Part shown: piece by piece, positions 27,704 through 41,700 of the stretch
How positions within the stretch are numbered: the stretch's first letter is position 1
Layout of the letters: every line of letters starts with the position of its first letter
Source of the DNA: Eledone cirrhosa
Taxonomy: Eukaryota
NCBI GenBank assembly: GCA_964016885.1
Contig: OZ024756.1
Span: 42,160,001-42,224,000, forward strand
DNA: 64,000 bases
Reading direction: 5' to 3'
Made by a program: the position numbers and the translations under genes
The notes under the pieces: model-generated
Told to the model about the DNA's origin: nothing
Database searches by the model: none
Seen by the model: the letters and a program-made list of their open reading frames with translations, nothing else

Positions 27704-29272
27704 TTAGAAACCTTCATTGAATGTTTTGATTATAGAAAAATAGTATAAACAAAATGGCATATAAGACCACTTAGTAAATAAACAGCAGACAAAAACGGTA
27801 TATAAGACCCATTAGTAGACAAAAATGAACATTAGCTTCTAACTTCCTCATAAATTTCAAATTCCACTCCTTATTTCTAAAGATGTCTTCATTTATTTAT
27901 TTCTTGCTATATATGGAGAGGGATAGACTTTAACTTAGCATAGTATAGCATAGCATACTATAGCATAGTGTACTATAGCATACTATACTGTACTATACTA
28001 TACTATACTGTACTATACTATACTATACTATACTGTACTATACTATACTATACTATATATGGAGACGGATGGACTTTAGCATAGCTTACTATACTATACC
28101 ATAGCATACTATACTATACCATAGCATACTATACTATAGCATAGCATACTATACTATAGCATAGCATACTATACTATAGCATAGCATACTATACTATACT
28201 ATAGCATACTATAGTATACTATACCATAGCATACTATAGTATACTATACCATACTGTACTATACTATACCATACTATGTATGGAGAGAGATGGGCTTGAC
28301 CAGGTTTCAAATGCCCAAGAAACATTGTATACCACCATGGTGAACATAGGACTTACACAACTATACTATACCCCTCTCTCTCTCTCTCTTTATGGAATCC
28401 ATACACAAAGATATCCACCATCTCACGCCAACATATTTCTCCATATTTGAAATAATCTGATCTCCTTAATCCCTCATAATCTCCCTGTTATCTTGTCTAT
28501 CCACATATTTTCATGCATCAGTACACAGCATAACATTCAAATTTCATGTATGTATGTATCATCATCATCATTATCACTGATTGATGTCCATTTTCCCACA
28601 CTAGCATGAGTTAGATGAGTTGTCTTGTTGGGAGACAGCTCACATCTGTTGACCATGTCTTGCTCACACAGAACTGGTTCTGGCTTAGTTTCTATGGCTG
28701 GATGCCCTTCCTAATACCAACCACTTTACAGTGTGGACTGGGTGCTTTTTGTCATGACACCTATATGACCACTTTACAGTGTGCATAAATATATATATAT
28801 ATATACAAATATATTACACAAAGAGAAGTGTTACACAGTGAGATGTGTGTAAAGAATTATTACAAGTGAGTTTAACCGTTATATATACATACATATATAT
28901 ATATATATATACATACATATATATATACATATACAAAATACACCCCCGTCCCACTACCCCCACCCCATCCACACCACCCTTTCTCTGTAAAGTTATGTTG
29001 GTACCACAACATCCAGTCCAAAACAAATGAGGTCGTGTAGGTATCATGACAAAAAAAACACACAGTCCATGCTGTAATGTGGCCGTGTAGGAAACACGGT
29101 AAAAACCTCCCAGTCCACACTGTAAACGTGGTTGGTGTTAGGAAGGGCATCCAGCCGTAGAAAACCCGCCAGACAGTCCTATACGAGCAGGACAACAAAT
29201 CTTGCCTCAAGTGGGAAAACTCCCGTCCAAACCCATGCAAGCGTGGAAGATGGACGTTAAACGATGATGATG

Positions 29273-29307
<35 letters not shown>

Positions 29308-29318
29308 CATACATATAC

Positions 29319-29351
<33 letters not shown>

Positions 29352-30213
29352 ATATGCATATATATGATGATGATGATGACAATGGTGTTTGTGATGATGG
29401 TGACAATGATGATGTTGGTGACAATATTGGTGGAGGAGATGATGGTGGTGATGATGATGACAATGGTGGTTGTGATGGTGATGACTATTAATACTAAACT
29501 CGTTTGTATTCACTGTCCTCAGTTTAGTAAAACAAGTTAATTAGGTTTACTTATGAGATTTCATCTCAATAACTTCTCCAAATTAACTCACTGTATAATA
29601 CGTATTTCTAATCAATGGTGGTGTTTAAATATTAACATGAAAAGCTCAGTAAATACTGTGATGTGTTGTAAATATAGAATATACTGGAGATACTTTAGAG
29701 TCACGGGTCTCTGACCTGTCTCTGTTAAGGTGGGTATATATACTTATATACCCACCATAACATATATATATACATACCTATATAAACCTCCATGCTTCCT
29801 GAAATTCGCCAACACTACACCTGATATCCTCCTCCATAGACACACACATACACACACACATGTATATCATGACTCATACAGTGTTCATTTTCCTGACATT
29901 TGTATATTATTCTATGTACTATACAGGCACTTTTGATGAGTTGTAGTGCACCTGAGCACTGTACACAATAATTTCATTATCATTATTATACACACATACA
30001 CACACACACATATGTGTGTGTGTGTGTGTGTATATATAGTTAGTTCTGAATTATTCGGGTGAAAGCCGTGTCCTTAAGTATGGTTTGTGAATTTGTTGTG
30101 GAATTAACTCTTTATCAGTCCCTTGGACTGACTGCCCTACCAAATTTGGATATAACCACCTGTTCTTTGCTATATATATATATATATATGTGTGTAGTTA
30201 TATATATAACCTG

Positions 30214-30251
<38 letters not shown>

Positions 30252-31733
30252 AGTTATATATATATAACCTGTTCTATAAATATAATATAAGTTTTATAAG
30301 GATTAACATTTGTCTATTTATAGATATAGTTTTGGTCTAGACATTGTTTTAGTAGCTCTCTCTTTCTCTCTCTCTCTTTCTCTCTCTCTATATATATATA
30401 TTATATATATATATTATATATATATATATATATGTCCTCTCTTTATCTCTATCTATCTCTCTCTCCTCCCTCTCCCCATCCCCCTCCTCTCTCCATCCTC
30501 CTCACACTATAGGTGAATGATCTCCAGTAAGGTATGGGGGAAGAGGTAAACTTCTGTACTTACTCTCGCTACTTTTCCATGTAATCCATGTTAGTAGCAA
30601 TATCTAAACTCTTTACCAAGTGCACGTGGCTACATGAGAGTTGCAACATCTATGCACTGTACCAAGTGCACGTGGCTACATGAGAGTTGCAACATCTATG
30701 CACCGTGTCAAGTGCACGTGGCTACATGACAGTTGCAACATCTATGCGCCGTACCAAGTGCACGTGGCTACATGATAGTTGCAACATCTACACACATTAC
30801 CAAACGCGTGCATGTGGCTGCACGACATGAACCAAACATGTAATGGACGAAAAGTTACATGTTTTTACAAAGGTCGGTCTTATTTTTTTTATTTGTTTTT
30901 CCTCTGAAATGAAATTTTGAATATAATTAATATTCAAACCATCATCATTATCATCTTCATTTTTTCCAAGCTTACATATATATTTATATATATATATATA
31001 TATATATTATACATGTATGTATGTATGTATGTGTGCGTGTGTGTGTGTGTGTATATATATATATGTGTTAGGTAATTCCGAAGAAAAAAAGCAAAGGAAA
31101 AAAGAGTGCTCTATGAACAGAGCTATTTAATATATATATATATTTGAGCTGGGTGCCATCAATACCGATTGTTCCTTGAGCTGATCAATCACAAGACGCA
31201 CGTCACAGGTCAATTAACATAATGATGCTATATGTGGTTTGGCAGTACAAAAAGGGTTTTATTTAAAAACCCTTTTTTACAGCTGACCATGTTATTCTTC
31301 ACTCTTTCACTACTATTACTCCAAGAATAACCTACATAAGAATTCTCGCAAACTCGCTACCTATATATATATATATGTATATATATATGTATATATATAT
31401 GTATATATATATCTAAAGTCTAAAGTCTGTCTTAAGCCAGAAGGCTCATTTGGCCGGTGCTTATCCCGGTTTCCATGGTGTTAAGCGACTGAGAGTACAA
31501 TACTCCTCCCAGGACAGGACGCCAGTCCATCGCAAGGTTAAACCACCAGCTATTACTGGTACTCATTTTCAGCTGAGTATACTGGAGCAACGTGAAATAA
31601 AGTGTTTTGCTCAAGAACACAACACGCAGCCCAGGAATCGAACCCACGACATTTTGATCGTAAGTCCAACACTCTTACCACTAGGCCACGTGCCTCCACA
31701 TATATATATATATACGCGTGTGTTTATATATAC

Positions 31734-31766
<33 letters not shown>

Positions 31767-32056
31767 CATGTGTGTGTGTGTATATATATATACATGTGTG
31801 TGTGTATATATATATACATGTGTGTGTGTATATATATATATACATGTGTGTGTGTATGTATATATATTTATATATATATACATGTGTGTGTATATATATA
31901 TATATATATATACATGTGTGTGTGTGTGTATATATATTTATATATATATACATGTGTGTGTATATATATATATATATATATACATGTGTGTCTGTGTGTA
32001 TATATATTTATATATATATACATGTGTGTGTGTATGTATATATATTTATATATACA

Positions 32057-32088
<32 letters not shown>

Positions 32089-32710
32089 CATGTGTGTGTG
32101 TGTGTATATATATTTATATATATATACATGTGTGTGTATATATATATATATATATATACATGTGTGTGTGTGTGTATATATATTTATATATATATACATG
32201 TGTGTGTATATATATATATATATATATACATGTGTGTCTGTGTGTATATATATACATGTGTGTGTGTGTGTATATATATACATGTGTGTGTGTGTACAGC
32301 TGACCTCCTCTCAGAATGACAGCAGCCCAAGGAAGGAACTCCAAGAGAAGGGGTGGCTGTTGTAGCAGGTGTTGCTATTGTCTGAGGGTTGCACCACTCT
32401 GACTTAGGTGTAGAGTTTGTCACCCTCCCCCCTTGTCTTTCCCTCCCATTTATAGTCTTTACCAATACTACTTTCCTTTTCTTTATCTTTGACTAAATAT
32501 TAAATTATTTATTATTTAATCTTGTTTACAAATGAGCTTATTAGCTGTAAACGCTAACGATTTCATTTCATAACAGCATAATTATTTCTAGTTAACTGCC
32601 ATATTATTTATACTATGTTAATCCTTCTGCTACTAAACTGCCTGCCCCTCCCCCCCCCCGTTCTATAATACTAATATAATACTAAGCTGTTTATTTTAAC
32701 ATCATCAGTC

Positions 32711-32765
<55 letters not shown>

Positions 32766-35700
32766 CACACACTCATCATCATCATCACACACACACACAC
32801 ATAAATATATATATATATATATACTTATATATAGAGAGAGATAGATGGATAGATATAGATATGTGTGTGTGTCCATGTATCTGTGTACTATAACTTAGCA
32901 GTTCAACAAAAAGAGATCGATAAAATGAGTGCCAGACTTGAAAAAAAAGAAACAAAAAAAACAAACAAGAGTACCATAGTCAATATAATCAAATTAATTC
33001 CGCTAAGGCTTCAGAAAGTGGCTCCAGCATGGCCACATACCAATACCTGACAATGTCATAAAAGATTATACACAACATATGTTTTAAAGAAAAGACTTTT
33101 GTGTTTATTTCCACGTAGAATTTTGTAGAACAAGTCTTTACATGTTGGAAGGTTCTAGTGTTGTTAAGTCTCATTACTTCCTGAAAACTTTCATATTATG
33201 AACAGGGTAACTTTACTTTATTATTTTCAAACTTATGTTTTAATATTGAGGAAAATAATGTTTTCACCCCTTAACCCTTTCCTTACTGTATTTCTAATGA
33301 AACACATCAATTCATCATCATTGGCATTGTTTCTGATAGAAAGGTTTGGACATGTTGTCCTTGCAGACTGGTCAGTACTGAAGTAAAGCCACTGCTAGCA
33401 AGGGCTGGACATGTTGTCATAGACTGGTCAGTACTGAAGTAGAGCCATTGATACAATGGCTCGACATGTCATCACAGACTGGTCAGTACTGAAGTAGAGC
33501 CACTGCTAGCAATGGCTCGACATGTTATCATAGACTGGTCAGTACTGAAGTAGAGCCACTGGTAACAAGGGCTGGACATGTCATCACAGACTGGTCAGTG
33601 CTGAAGTAGAGCCCCTGATCTCCAGATAAGCTGGAAGCCCAACATACAATCTCAAGCCTTACCAGGTGTGTTTTATCATGGTACCAACATTAGGGTAGTT
33701 GACATGTTTTTGACATAGCTGAAGAATCTTCCCAGCCCTTTGTTTGGCAGGTTTTCTATAGTTGGATGTCCTTCCTATCAGCAACTACTTTAGAGTGTAC
33801 AGGGTGTATTTATAATTTAGGTCACTAATACTGGGGAGGTCGTCATGTCTATGACATAGCTGGAGAGTTCTCCTGTGGACATCAATTTCGATGACTGATG
33901 AAGAAGTATCTTGATCTCTTTGTCTCTTTTTCAGCAACAACTTCACGCATATGAAGCTTGGGTAAACGCACAGCTCCGTAAACGGCCGTCAGCTCGTCAA
34001 ATTGAGGATCTCAGGAACGATATCAAGGATGGTGTAGCTTTAATTAACCTTATTGAAGTGGTGGGTAAGTAAGATAGGACCATCTTCTCCTCCACTCCCA
34101 CTACAGGACATCTCCCTCCCTACAGACCTTCCTGCCTGTTGCCATTATTCTCCCAAGATAGTCCAAGCAACTACACGTCAACATTTCAAAGCAACTACAA
34201 AGCAACTTACACAGCAACACTTACATGTACAAGATGACATTTTCAAACCACCAAGTGGTAAACACTTCAATGTCTACAGTAGCAATACAGCCACTGCATA
34301 TCTGTGCACCTATACAGCCACTGCATATCTGTGCACCTATACAGCCACTGCATATCTGTGCACCTATACAGCCACTGCATATCTGTGCACCTATACAGCC
34401 ACTGCATATATGTGCACCTATACAGCCACTGCATATCTGTGCACCTATACAGCCACTGCATATCTGTGCACCTATACAGCCACTGCATATCTGTGCACCT
34501 ATACAGCCACTGCATATCTGTGCACCTATACAGCCACTGCATATCTGTGCACCTATACAGCCACTGCATATCTGTGCACCTATACAGCCACTGCATATCT
34601 GTGCACCTATACAGCCACTGCATATCTGTGCACCTATACAGCTTCAAAGAAACATTTATCGGCAATATTACTTCTTACCTCCTAGTTATACTCCACAGTG
34701 TACATATTTCACTTTCCTGACATTTGTACATTTTTCTATGTACTATACATGCTCCTTTGTTGAGTTGTAGTGCACCTGAGCACTGTACACAATAATTTCA
34801 TTATTATTACTATATTATTATTTTTATAAATATATAAGGAGGTGGATTGGCAGTATCGGTAGAGAGTCGGACACCATGCTTTGCAGTATCGGTAGAGAGT
34901 CGGACACCATGATTGGCAGTATAAAGTTATGGTCTGAATTCAAATCTTGCCGAGGTTAACTTTGCTTTTCATCCTTATGGGGTCAATAAAATAAAGTACC
35001 AGTCACGTACTGGGGCTGATTTAATCAACTTTCCTTTCCCCCAAAATTGCTGGCCTTATGCCTATATAAGAAAGTGGATTGGCAGTATCGGTAGAGGGTC
35101 GGACGCCATGCTTTCCAGCATAGTTACGTCCCTTTACGATCTGAGTTCAAATCCCGCTGAGGTTGACTTTGCCTTTCATCCTTATGGGGTCGATAAAATA
35201 AAGTACCAGTAATGCACTGGGTAATTGCTGGCCTTGTGCCTAAAGTAGAAACAATTATTATTATATTATTATTTCTATAAGTATATAGGGCGGTGGATTG
35301 GCAGTATTGGTAGAGGGTCGGACGACAAGCTTTGCAGGATAGAGTTACGGCCCTTTATGGACTGAATTCAAATTCCGCCGAGGTTAACTTTGCCTTTCAT
35401 CCTTACGGGGTCGATAAACTAAAGTACCAGTAATAGACTAGGTAATTGCTGGCCTTGTGCCAAACGTAGAAACAATTATTTCTATAAATATAACATTTCT
35501 CAATTGTACCCAGACAATTCCCTTTAGTCAACATTTCTCATACTTTACTCTGTAGTCTGTGAAAATATTCAGATTTTGACCTCTGCTACATTCTTATCTG
35601 AACTTCAGGTCTTCATTAAATATGTTGTTTGTGAACTTGTTTTGTCATTTCTTTATGTTATACAACATTTACACACAGTTTAGTTATCTTGTGGTCTATT

Positions 35701-38700
35701 GTATATATGTATATATACATAACTTTATCATCATCATCATCATCGTTTAACGTCTATCTTCCACGCTAACATGGTTTAAAATAATAATAATGAAATTATT
35801 GTGAACAGTGCTCAGTTGCACTACAACTCATCAAAGGTGCATGTATAGTACATAGAATAATATACAAATGTCAGGGAAGTGAATAGTGTATGAGTCATGA
35901 TATACATGTTTGCGTGTGTATGGAGGGGGGGAGGGATATTAGGTGTAGTGTTGGCGAATCTCAGAAAGCATGGAGGTTTTAAAGGCTGCAGTATCTCGAC
36001 AGCTAACAACTGATGCAGGTAGTTTGTTCCATGCTTCAGCAACTCTGAGCATGAAAAAATATTTCCGAATTGTCCCACTTGAGGCAAGATTGGTCGGGTG
36101 ACCGTGTCTCGCTTGTATAGGACTCTCTGGCAGGTTTTCTATGGCTGGATACCCTTCCTAACACCAACCACATTTACAGTGTGGACTGGGAGGTTTCTAC
36201 CATGTTACCTACACGGCCACTTTACAGCGTGGCCTGTGTGTTTTGTTGTGACACCTACACGACCTCATTAGTTTGGACTGGATGTTGTGGTACCAACATA
36301 ACTTTACAGAGAAAGGGTGGTGTTGGTGGGAGTGTGGAGTAGGGGTAGTGTTGGTGGGAGTGTGGAGTAGGGGTGGTGTTGGTGGGAGTGTGGAGTAGGG
36401 GTAGTGGGATGGGGTATATATAGTTTATTTATTTAACAAAAACTAATAAATATTTCTAATTACAATGTTTTTTTTTTTATTTTTATGTAAAATTTTAGGA
36501 GGTGAAAAATTACAAAATGTTTTCATGGTTCCATCATGTCACTCTGAGATGAAAGCAAATGTGGAGAGGGTTCTACAGTTTATGTCAGCTAACCACATTC
36601 GGATGCATCCTATGAAAGCAAGTGGTAACTATGACAACACCAGTTCTTTATAATTACTAACGTTGTCTTCTTCTTCTACTCCTTCCTCTTGTTTTTCTTC
36701 TTTTTTTCTTTTTCTTTTCTTCTTCTTTTCTCCTTCTTCTTCACCCATCTATTTTGCTATTTCTCCTTACCTACCAATTTTTTCTTCACCCCTGTATTTC
36801 CTCCTTTTAAAGATATAGTCGATGGAAACCTCAAATGTATAATGCGCCTTATTCTGGCACTAGCGGCCCATTTTAAACCCAATTCAGTGAAGCACCAATC
36901 AGTAGCTGGCGTTATATCACCAAACAGAGGAAGATCTTTAGCAAGTATAGCACAGGTGAGCTTGTTTTTTCTTTTTATTTCTTTATATAAACTACACCCA
37001 GTACACTCTGTAATGTGGTAGTGCTGGTATCTCCCCTCGTGTATGAAATAGGTTGAAATAATTGTTTGTTAAATTTTGGTTCTCATTTATTATAGAGTGC
37101 TGCTGTCACGTTAGCTACGGCTCGCAGATTTGTGTCAAAAGCTAGCAAACATTACCATGGAAGCCACTACAAAGATTATGGGTAAGATTCTATGATAATT
37201 CAGTTGTAAAATCCTTTTTAACCGTTTAGAATTTAAACTGGCTGTATCTGGCTAGAATTCTTCCCCCCTGTTTTGAAACCTGCCATAACCAGCAGCTTAC
37301 ACCGACATTAAGATATCTTGCTTAAAATAAGCAACAACATCATGAAAATCTCGTAGACTCGAGATTTTGTAAGATAAAGCCTTTACCATGAATATGTAAT
37401 GTAAATGATAAAGGGTTATACAAGATTCAGTTCTCATGAACCCTTTCGTTACCATATTTTATAATAAAAGGCACAGAAAGCCTGGGATTTTCAAAAGATA
37501 GAGTGGGTAGCTCGGAGATTAGAGAGTCACTCCAGTTAGAGCTGCTACTTCTCCTAATTGAGAGATCACAGCTCTGATACTATGCACATGTCTCAGGAAA
37601 GAACTACTGGATAGATTTGTAGCTGAGATTAGAGTCACTCCAGATAGAGCTGCTACTTCTCCCAATTGAGAGATCACAACTCCGATACTATGGGCATGTG
37701 GTTAGAATGTCTCGGGAAAGAATTGCTGGAGAGATTTTACAGGGAAAACCAACCAGCAGGAGACCCAGGGGTAGACCTCAAGCAAGATGGTCGGATAACA
37801 TCCATGACGTTGGCTGGTCTCACCTGGGGATCCAGCTAGATCAGTTAGAGATGTTTGCTTCTGACAGGACCTGCTGGAAGGAATGTTTGAGGACTCTGTC
37901 CCCCTACGACCCTCTCAGGAATAAGTGGGGGAAGAAGAAGAAAAAGAAAGGGGGGAAAATAATCAAGAATTTGGAAAGATTTAGTAAAATAAATAATTTT
38001 CTTGTTATTGGTTTCTAAATTAAACACAAGACCAGCCATGTGATTTAATGATCTAATCTAAGACGGTGAGATGTATATAATAATAATAATATTCAAATTA
38101 ATCCGTTTTTTTATGAAGATCTGCTGCCCATATACCAGCTGATGTAGCGGCAATGCAAGCCAGAATGATGATGGTAAAATCATGCCCTGGGCCCAAACAC
38201 CTGTCTGCTACTGGAGAACAAGATTATGATATGGATGGAATGCCACGAAGTCGCTCCACTGGGTTTATTCCAGGTAACAACATATTTTCATACCTCAATT
38301 GACAACATCAAAGGATTGAAACCTTTTCTCTTGCTTTGGTTTGTTTCCTCATATTTTTTTTTGTTTTTATTTATTTTATATATATATATATATTTTTTTT
38401 GCATTTTTGCTTTTCATCCATTGAGGTGGTTAAATGAAGTACTGGAGGTTCATTATCCCCCCCCCCCTCTCTATGTATATCTATCTATATAATAGATAAA
38501 ATATATACAGTATTTCCTCTCCCAATCAGTATAAATTAACCACATAAAAAATCATTTAAACGAGATTATAAGTTTAAAATGTACTTCTGAAAAATAATAG
38601 ACAAATGATACAGATTATCTTCCGCAGTGTACAGCCATATGACACTTACCTAATTATTTCTTCTAGTCTGTAGAAATTGACTAGACAAATAGTTAACTAC

Positions 38701-41700
38701 ACGGAGTTAGGTACAAAATAGAAGTTTGAAGAAAAAATGTACATAAATTTTACCAAAATTCTCTTAGTCTCGACCAGCGGTGGTTTCGTTCCACTTTTTG
38801 GATACACCCAATCTTGGATATATCCACGAGGCCTGGAACTCTTCAAGAGATACCTCAGACTGGACTAAGTTTCTTCTACCATGATCCCCACCAGAAATGA
38901 ATTCAATATGGCTAAGAACTATCACGTGGCTAGTCAAGGCAGAAAGTTTGTGATTGGTGCCTGTCGGCGAGTAGGCTGGTTGCTAGAAAGCGCAGCCAGA
39001 TACTGCTTAAGGTTTTACTCAACCTTACGGGAGTATATATTAAATTTGTGGAAAATAATCTGTATCATTTGTCTATTATTTCTTCATAAGTACATTTTAA
39101 ATGATTTTTATGTGGTTAATTTATACTGATTGGGAGAGGAAATACTGTATATATTTTATCTAATGGTTCTTTGGACTTACATTTTTATATATAGCTCTGA
39201 TTAATAATTATTTGCTTAATTAATTCTTCATTGAGCCACACTGTGAAAGGTTGCCAAACTCATATATGTAACTGTGACTATGTCTAATTATATATCTATA
39301 CCCCTTTGAATTTAATATATATATATATGCATGCAGGGAAAAGTGGACGTAAAATGATGATGATGATGATGTAATCAATTTCATTCTGTGAGAGAGGGGA
39401 GGTAACTGAGAAATATACATGGAAAGACACGAGAGATAGATAGAAGAGTCGATTGATAGATAGAGATGAAGATGGGTTTATAGAGAGATAGATAGAGAAA
39501 GGGTAACAACATCAACAGAGAGGGGTATTTAGATGTACAAACCGATTACAGTAGTAATCGGTTTCTGTTGAATTTGTGTAACGTGATGTCCAACACTGTG
39601 TCAACATAGACTGGTGTTTGATGTTCAACTTTGACAAGTTGATATATAAAACTGTTGAGGCAGCATATAGGAAATGGAATTGTCCTGAAACATTCATTGG
39701 ATTAGCAATTCCAGATGTAATCACTTACATATTAGCGAAACACATGTAAGTCACATGATAAATAATGATCTTTCAATTGTGGAATTGGTATATTCATGTA
39801 ATTTATTAATTTATACATATATATATGTGTGTGTGTGTATGAATATATATGCTATATATATATATATGCTATATATATATATATGAATGTATGTATGTGT
39901 ATGCATGTACGTTTGCTTCATCATCATCATCACCGTCTTACATCCGTTCTTCCACGCTAGCATGGGTTAGATGGGTTGTCCTGTTGTGGGCAGTCTCCAG
40001 TTGGCTGACCTTGTCTTGCTCATACGGTAACTGATTCTGGCTTGATTTCTACAGCTGGATACCCTTCCTAACACCAACCTCATTTACAGTGAGTGCTGGG
40101 TGCTTTTTTGCCGTGACCCCTACATGTCCACTTTACAGTGTGGGCTGGGTACTTTTTTGCTGTGGCACCTCCACGACCACTTTGCAGTGGAATGATAGGG
40201 ACCCCAGTCCTATCATTTCATTTCTACAGCTGAGTAAACTGGAGCAATGTGAAATAAAGTGTCTGCGCGTGTGTTTGTGTTTAAAAATGTATCATTTTTA
40301 GAAACTATTATTATTAATATTATGTTGTTGTTTAAGCCAATGAAGATTCTGTAGAATATGGTCAAGAGAATTCTGTGATTCTTGACCAACAACAGTACAA
40401 TGACCTCTTGAAGGAATATGATGACTTGGCAGACACAATGAAGGAAACAAAATCGGATCTTTTGAAATTACAGAATTTGGTAATATATTTCTTATATTGG
40501 TCTGGATGCTTTTTCAGAGTGGACTGGGTGCTTTTTGTTGTGCCACCAGCACAACCACCTTACAGGGCAGACAGTGCTTTTGTCATGGCACCAGTGCTAC
40601 CAACTTACAAGGTGAACTGGATGCTTTTTGTTGTGGCACTTTACAGGGTGGACTGGGTTATCTTTGTTGTGGCACCAGCTCTGCCACCTTACAAGGTGAA
40701 CTGGGTGTTTTTTACCACCTTACAGAGTTGTGGCACCAATACAACCACTTTACACTGAATATGGTGGTGGTGGTGGTGGTGGTGGTTTAATCTTCTTAGT
40801 TTTTATCTTTCTTCTCTTTCAGCTATTGAATGGCGAAATAAAAAATATTATAGCTTCCTCGGAGCTGGATGATCTGGAAGGATATTCTATTTCGGACCAA
40901 ATGGTGAATATTATTATTATTATTATTATGAAATGAAATATATAAGCAAGACATGGTCACCTAATATGTTTAGCCTCATAACATCCCATCTAAACCACAC
41001 AACTATGGAAAATAGACATTAATCAGTGACAACGATGATGATGATGATGATCATCATCATTTCATTTTACGTCCACTTTTTCCCTGCTTGCCAGGGTGGG
41101 ACGGGAACTGATTCTGGCTTGATTTCTACAGCTGAATGCCCTTCCTAACACCAACCTCATTTACAGTGAGTGCTGGGCGCTTTTTTGCCGTGGCACCTCC
41201 ACAACCACTTTGCAGTGGAATGATTTGGACCCCAGTCCCTAGCATCTCATTTCTACAGCTGAGTAAACTGGAGCAATGTGAAATAAAGTGTCTTGCTCAA
41301 GGAAACAACACATCACCCGGTCTGAGAATTGAACTCACAACCTTTCGATTGCAAGGCCAATGCTCTAACCACTAAGCCATGTGTCTGATGATGATGATAA
41401 ATACTTTAAAAGAGAGTGAGGGATGGTTTAAAGGATTCAGGTATCAAAAGAGTTAAGACCCATCTCACGGCTAAATGACAGACTTTGTTCAGCTATAAAT
41501 TCTTTCTCTTGTAGGTTGTCCTTCGTAGTAGACTTCAACAATCAACAGAAATCTCTCGAGACTTGAAAGAACAACTATCTCGAACGAAAGTAGAATGTCG
41601 AGAGCTTTACGGTGCCAAGGTAAGAAATATATATCTCTCATGTCTATGTATTTCTGTGTATATAGTGGTACATCTGTCATGTCTATATATTTCTGTGTAT

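Noticed and set aside
31620-31697. tRNA-like sequence
   Set aside because: Has A and B boxes but continues into a SINE body and tail; it is a SINE head, not a tRNA gene.
33893-33925. CTGATGA just upstream of the CH exon
   Set aside because: No downstream GAAA or stems; more likely branch-point region sequence.
34053-34770. Repeat-protein ORFs (TYTATAYLC)n
   Set aside because: 27-bp intronic minisatellite.
39122-39155. CTGATTG-GGAGAG-GAAA-TACTGTA-TA as a second hammerhead in family E arms
   Set aside because: Core deviates from CUGANGA and stem II cannot form.
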